DNA from: Octopus sinensis
Taxonomy: Eukaryota
DNA length: 64,000 nucleotides
NCBI RefSeq assembly: GCF_006345805.1
Contig: NC_043009.1
Span: 16,864,001-16,928,000 of the forward strand
Direction of reading: 5' to 3'
In this document: in pieces, positions 59,996-64,000 of the stretch
How the letters are laid out: every line of letters starts with the position of its first letter
Position numbering within the stretch: position 1 is the first letter of the stretch
Notes under the pieces: generated by a model
Told to the model about the DNA's origin: nothing
What the model saw: only the letters and a program-made list of their open reading frames with translations
Database searches by the model: none
Translations under genes and position numbers: made by a program

Positions 59996-60845
59996 TCATT
60001 ATGAAAAGAATGTGTGGCCAAAACGATCTCTGACTTCTGCACAGAAGAATGTCATCAAACCTCCCCTTGCTGCTTCTGAGAAAATTTACCCGCCTTCCTT
60101 GCATATTAATCTAGGGTTGATGAAGAGTTTCATCAAAGGTATGGATAGAACTGGCAATGGATTGATGTATTTGGAAAAAAAAAAATCTCCAAGAGTAAGT
60201 GACACAAAAATCAAGGACGGTATTTTTGTTGGGCTGCAGATTAGGGAGCTGAAAAGAGACCAAGAGTGTGGTGAAGAGCTCAATGATATTGTAAAAGTTT
60301 CATGGCTGTCAGTTAAGAAAGTTTGCAGTGAGTTTTGGGGGAACCACAGAGGAGAGAACTATTCTGACATTGTGAAAGAGCTACTGACATCATACAAGAT
60401 CTTGGGATGCAACATGAGCCTAAAAATCCACTTTTTGAACTCTCACTTGGACTTTTTCACTGCAAATTTTGGGGCTGTCAGTGACAAGCATGGCGAGAGG
60501 TTTCACCAGGACATTCTGAACATGGAAACCCAGTATTAAGGAAAGTGGAAGTCTTCTATATTGGCTGATTATTGTTGATCACTAAAAAGGGACACTCCAG
60601 ACGCTAAATACATTTGAAAATCATACACCTCTACATTTTAAAGGTAATTTTCCTAGTAATATCATACTGAATTTTGAATTCATGAAATACAGTTTTTCAA
60701 CAATTTACATATGCTATCACAGAAACATGATGACTTATAGAAAATATTCTAAAAACACACTTGAATTCTGCAGATAAAATGTTATTAAGTTCACCTACTT
60801 TTGTTTGTGGGACAGAATTTTTCATTAATTCTGTTGATCAATTAT
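59996..60845 (+). mobile_element. Chapaev3-like transposase C-terminal fragment
   Basis: 175-codon ORF with LHINLGLMKSFIK..IKDGIFVG.QIR..LGCNMSLKIHFLNSHLDFF..NFGAVSDKHGERFHQDI; premature stop where RYQGKW is expected. Confidence 0.8.
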
Positions 60846-62289
60846 AATTGTCAGCCTTATTTCTGTATTAATATAGTACATTTATTGTATAATTTAATTA
60901 TTCTGTCACATAAAAACCATGCCTGATAGAAAAATCCTAAAAATAGATTCGAAATCTGCATTAAAAGTACTATAAAGTTCACTTTCTTTAGTTCATGGGA
61001 CAGCAAAAAGTTTGAATTTTGTTGACCATTGTAATACTTGAATGGAACGTATAAACATCTGAATGCATTGCTATGTGTGTTTCCACAGATCACACGTTTC
61101 TTAAGATCATAATCCGTATTCCTGGGATGATTACAGTGCACTCCATAGCATTCATGATCATGCTGTAGCCAGCATAATAGGATAAGAGCTTTTATATGCA
61201 TATTCAAAAGGTTTCCTGTAAACGAACTTAAAGGATGTTGAACAACGATGATGATGATATATAATAAACAAAAATACAGGTAGAGAAAATCACATCTTTA
61301 ATTCACCATACAAAGCTAACAATTGTTTCTATTGCATTGATATATTTAGATATAGAAAATATAATTTAAATTAATATTGTTAACACAACATTTTCAAGGT
61401 AATCCAGAATTACTTAAAGAGGAGGGAAGGACAGTAACCATGACAACCATGACTTTTTTCCGAGGTGACAGAGGAAGAGGCAGAAATAAACAACTCAGTG
61501 GTTGTTATTGTAGTATATTAGAATGTTGAATTATTCTCAGAATGGAAACTTAGTTCATATATTTGCAGTTGTGAGCTATTCCAAAGGTACCTAATAGTTT
61601 AGTGGTGCTAAACTTAAGAAAAGGTTTCCATGCGATTTCCATTTCGAATTTCACTCGCTGCAGAGACATGCCCAAACTACTGCTCAGTAGGATTGAACCT
61701 GGAGCCTCTTTAATGCAAAGTGAACATGATCACATGTTTATGCTTTGCCATTTGTACTTATTTTATCAACTCAAGAGGGATGAAAGGCAAAAGTGGCTCA
61801 AATAGAACTTTGAAACTTGGAAAAGTGAAGGCAGGTTATTAAATAACTTGTATTTAATACAGAAATTTATGATATATCCAACTATTTTTTTTTTTTTCAT
61901 TAAGAACACAGATTTTTTTTCCATTAGAATGTGTAGAATCATTTGAAATGATTCTAGTTTCTTTAATTTTGAAAAGAGGAATGGCAACATGGATTTTGGT
62001 GGATTTTGGATGAGATGGAACAACACTATATGTAAGTGATCTGCAATTTAATTTCTTCCAAAACACTTCCAAGCTAACAAGGAAGATTCTACACTTGACC
62101 TAGTCAAATTACCCCTTACAAATGGAAGGATTTTCTGGATAGTATAGTTCAAAGTTCATCAGCCTGATAAAAATAGACTAGATGATCATGTCTGAAATAT
62201 TTTAGATTGTAGATATGTTTGATAATCACAGATGACCTGGAGCTAAACAACAACTCATTGTCTTTCTTCATAATTATTAAAGAATGTAA

Positions 62290-62505
62290 GAAATGCAGAG
62301 AGCTGGAAGAATCATTTGCAAGACGAGAAAAATGCTGAGCAGTATTTCGTCTGTCTTTAAGCTTTGAGTTGAAATTTTGCTGAGGTTGATTTTGCATTTC
62401 ATCCTTCTGAGATTGATAAAATAAGTACCAGTTAAGCACTGGGGGTTGATGTAATTGACTGATCCCCTCCCACAAAATTTCAGGCCTTGTGACCATAGTA
62501 GAAAG
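62290..62505 (+). mobile_element. SINE family B
   Basis: gagctggaagaatc..gtatttcgtctgtcttt..gagttgaaat..gcatttcatccttctgagattgataaaataagtaccag. Confidence 0.75.
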
Positions 62506-62564
62506 GAATATCAAAGAATGTTTTAAAATCGTTAGAAAAGAAGTAAAACTCTTTTTTGAATTAC

Positions 62565-62636
62565 CTTTTCCTGTATACTAACGTAGTTTGTTGAATCTTC
62601 AGCAGGGAATATGGTTACTCCACACACTGTAAGTCT
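62565..62636 (-). CDS. DNAI7: DNAI7/CASC1 exon; upstream exons lie beyond the window
   Basis: cttttccag|AGA...AAG|gtaatt, 72 nt. RLTVCGVTIFPAEDSTNYVSIQEK matches CASC1 AGLNIFP....YV.I..K. Confidence 0.8.
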
Positions 62637-63282
62637 CTGGAAAAGAAAAATTCTACATTAAAATCTTAAACAGTAGGTTATTAGTTGAGCAATTTTAGAG
62701 CTGTACAAATCATATATTTCTGTTACATTTGACCTGTCCTCCACAGCAGAAGTATTAATGCAGCTCTCCTCAATGAAGAGGATTGGCTTGCAAAATTCCT
62801 GTGCCAGTAGCACATAAAAAGCACTTTTAATGGCTGTGGATGCATATTCTAAGTTGGGTCACTAATTTGTAAGGGCTGTGCAATGTGAGGTGACAGGAAT
62901 GGCACTTTTGTACAACATCACACAGCCGTTACAATAATGAGAGATTAAATAGTACAAATATATGCCAGGTGGAAAGAGACACAACTGCATAAGAATGATT
63001 AAGAGATCTATTGATGTGATAACATGTGTCTGTGTATGCGTCATATATACAGAATAATTGACAGGCCGTCATGAGAACAAAATGTATGTGCGTGTATAGG
63101 CATAGATGTGTGCATGTGTTAAATACATTTAAGGATGCCAATGAAGAAGGAAACAGTGAAAGACAAGTACTTAGATAAAGAAGTGGAAATATATGTATTG
63201 AGACAGCAGTATTCTATCATTGTTTTAGGGATAGATAGTCTTCTTTAAAGATATGTATATAATATTACATAAGTATTGGATA

Positions 63283-63492
63283 GCAAGCTGGTGGAACTGT
63301 TAGCATGCTGGGCAAAATGCCTAGCAGCATTTCATCTGTCTCTATGTTCTGAGTTCAAATTCTGCTGAGGGCGACTTTGCTTTTCATCCTTTTGGGGTCA
63401 ATAAAATAAGTAACAGCTGAACACTGGGATCAATGTAATCAACTTACTCCCTCCTCCAGAATTGCTGGCCTTGTGCCAAAATTTGAAACCAA
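63283..63492 (+). mobile_element. SINE family B
   Basis: tagcaagctggtggaactgttagcatgctgggcaaaatgcctagc...ttctgagttcaaattctgctgagggcgactttgcttttcatccttttggggtc. Confidence 0.8.
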
Positions 63493-64000
63493 TATTACTT
63501 AATCCTTTTTGACAAGAAAGAATATTACTCATCAACGTGTTTGAAAGGAGCAATGTAAAGGAAGCACTATGAAGTATGGGCAAACAAAACTTGAATGTGG
63601 CACCTTGGCAATGTTCCTCTTCATGTGCCATTCTTCATCCAAGATTTTTATAGCAAAATACATGACAGCTCTCATTCTCTAGCCACCCTACTTTTCTAAT
63701 ATAGCTCGCACAGATATTTTTTCATGCTCCTGAAGTTGAAATTCACCATGAGAGGCTGCTAATTTCAGATAATAGAAATGATTGAAGAAAATATTCTATG
63801 ACAGCTGTGTGCTGCCACTGAAAACACATTCCAGAACACATTTCAAAACTGGAGAAAACATTAGGAATAGTGTATGAACAGTATAAGGGAAATCGTTTGA
63901 AGAAAAGAAGCAAAGAGATTCTCTGCTTTTACGATGTTCAGTTTTTATGTTAATTTTAACAGACACACCTCATAGTGGTGTAGAATATACAATGGTAGTA

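Noticed and set aside
60857-61207. 116-aa minus ORF as a DNAI7 exon
   Set aside because: No similarity to CASC1. Exon 62565 already joins exon 59376 in frame with colinear homology.

Overview
AT-rich, repeat-dense animal genomic DNA. The tRNA-derived SINE and RTE-LINE families look like those of coleoid cephalopods, probably Octopus (from recall, not a database hit). I reconstructed four genes by hand from splice sites and reading frame. (1) The last five coding exons of an ATP10-class P4-ATPase flippase (+, 2655-13726). (2) TXNL4A/Dim1 (-, uninterrupted CDS 27395-26967, with 5'UTR exon(s) upstream). (3) A complete 11-exon NDUFA9 (+, 30978-49835, 387 aa), head-to-head with TXNL4A across about 250 bp. 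(4) The last four exons of DNAI7/CASC1 (-, 62636-52020), tail-to-tail with NDUFA9. The rest is transposon debris: RTE, R4/Dong-like, CR1/L2-like and Penelope-like retroelements, several SINE families, mariner, Tc1, Chapaev3-like and Merlin-like DNA transposons, and hAT and piggyBac-type MITEs. The most unusual signals are as follows. A hammerhead-ribozyme-like fold with a rare G3:C8 core sits in a snap-back insertion at 202-540. A Penelope-like element runs into a tRNA-type Pol III promoter and then a decayed hammerhead (45630-46680). A second snap-back insertion with the same architecture lies in the TXNL4A intron (27488-27746). An RTE copy carries an inverted copy of its own 3' end plus a locally templated filler (22498-23269). 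No CRISPR arrays, rRNA genes or intact tRNA genes were found. Repeat boundaries are approximate unless TIR/TSD coordinates are given.
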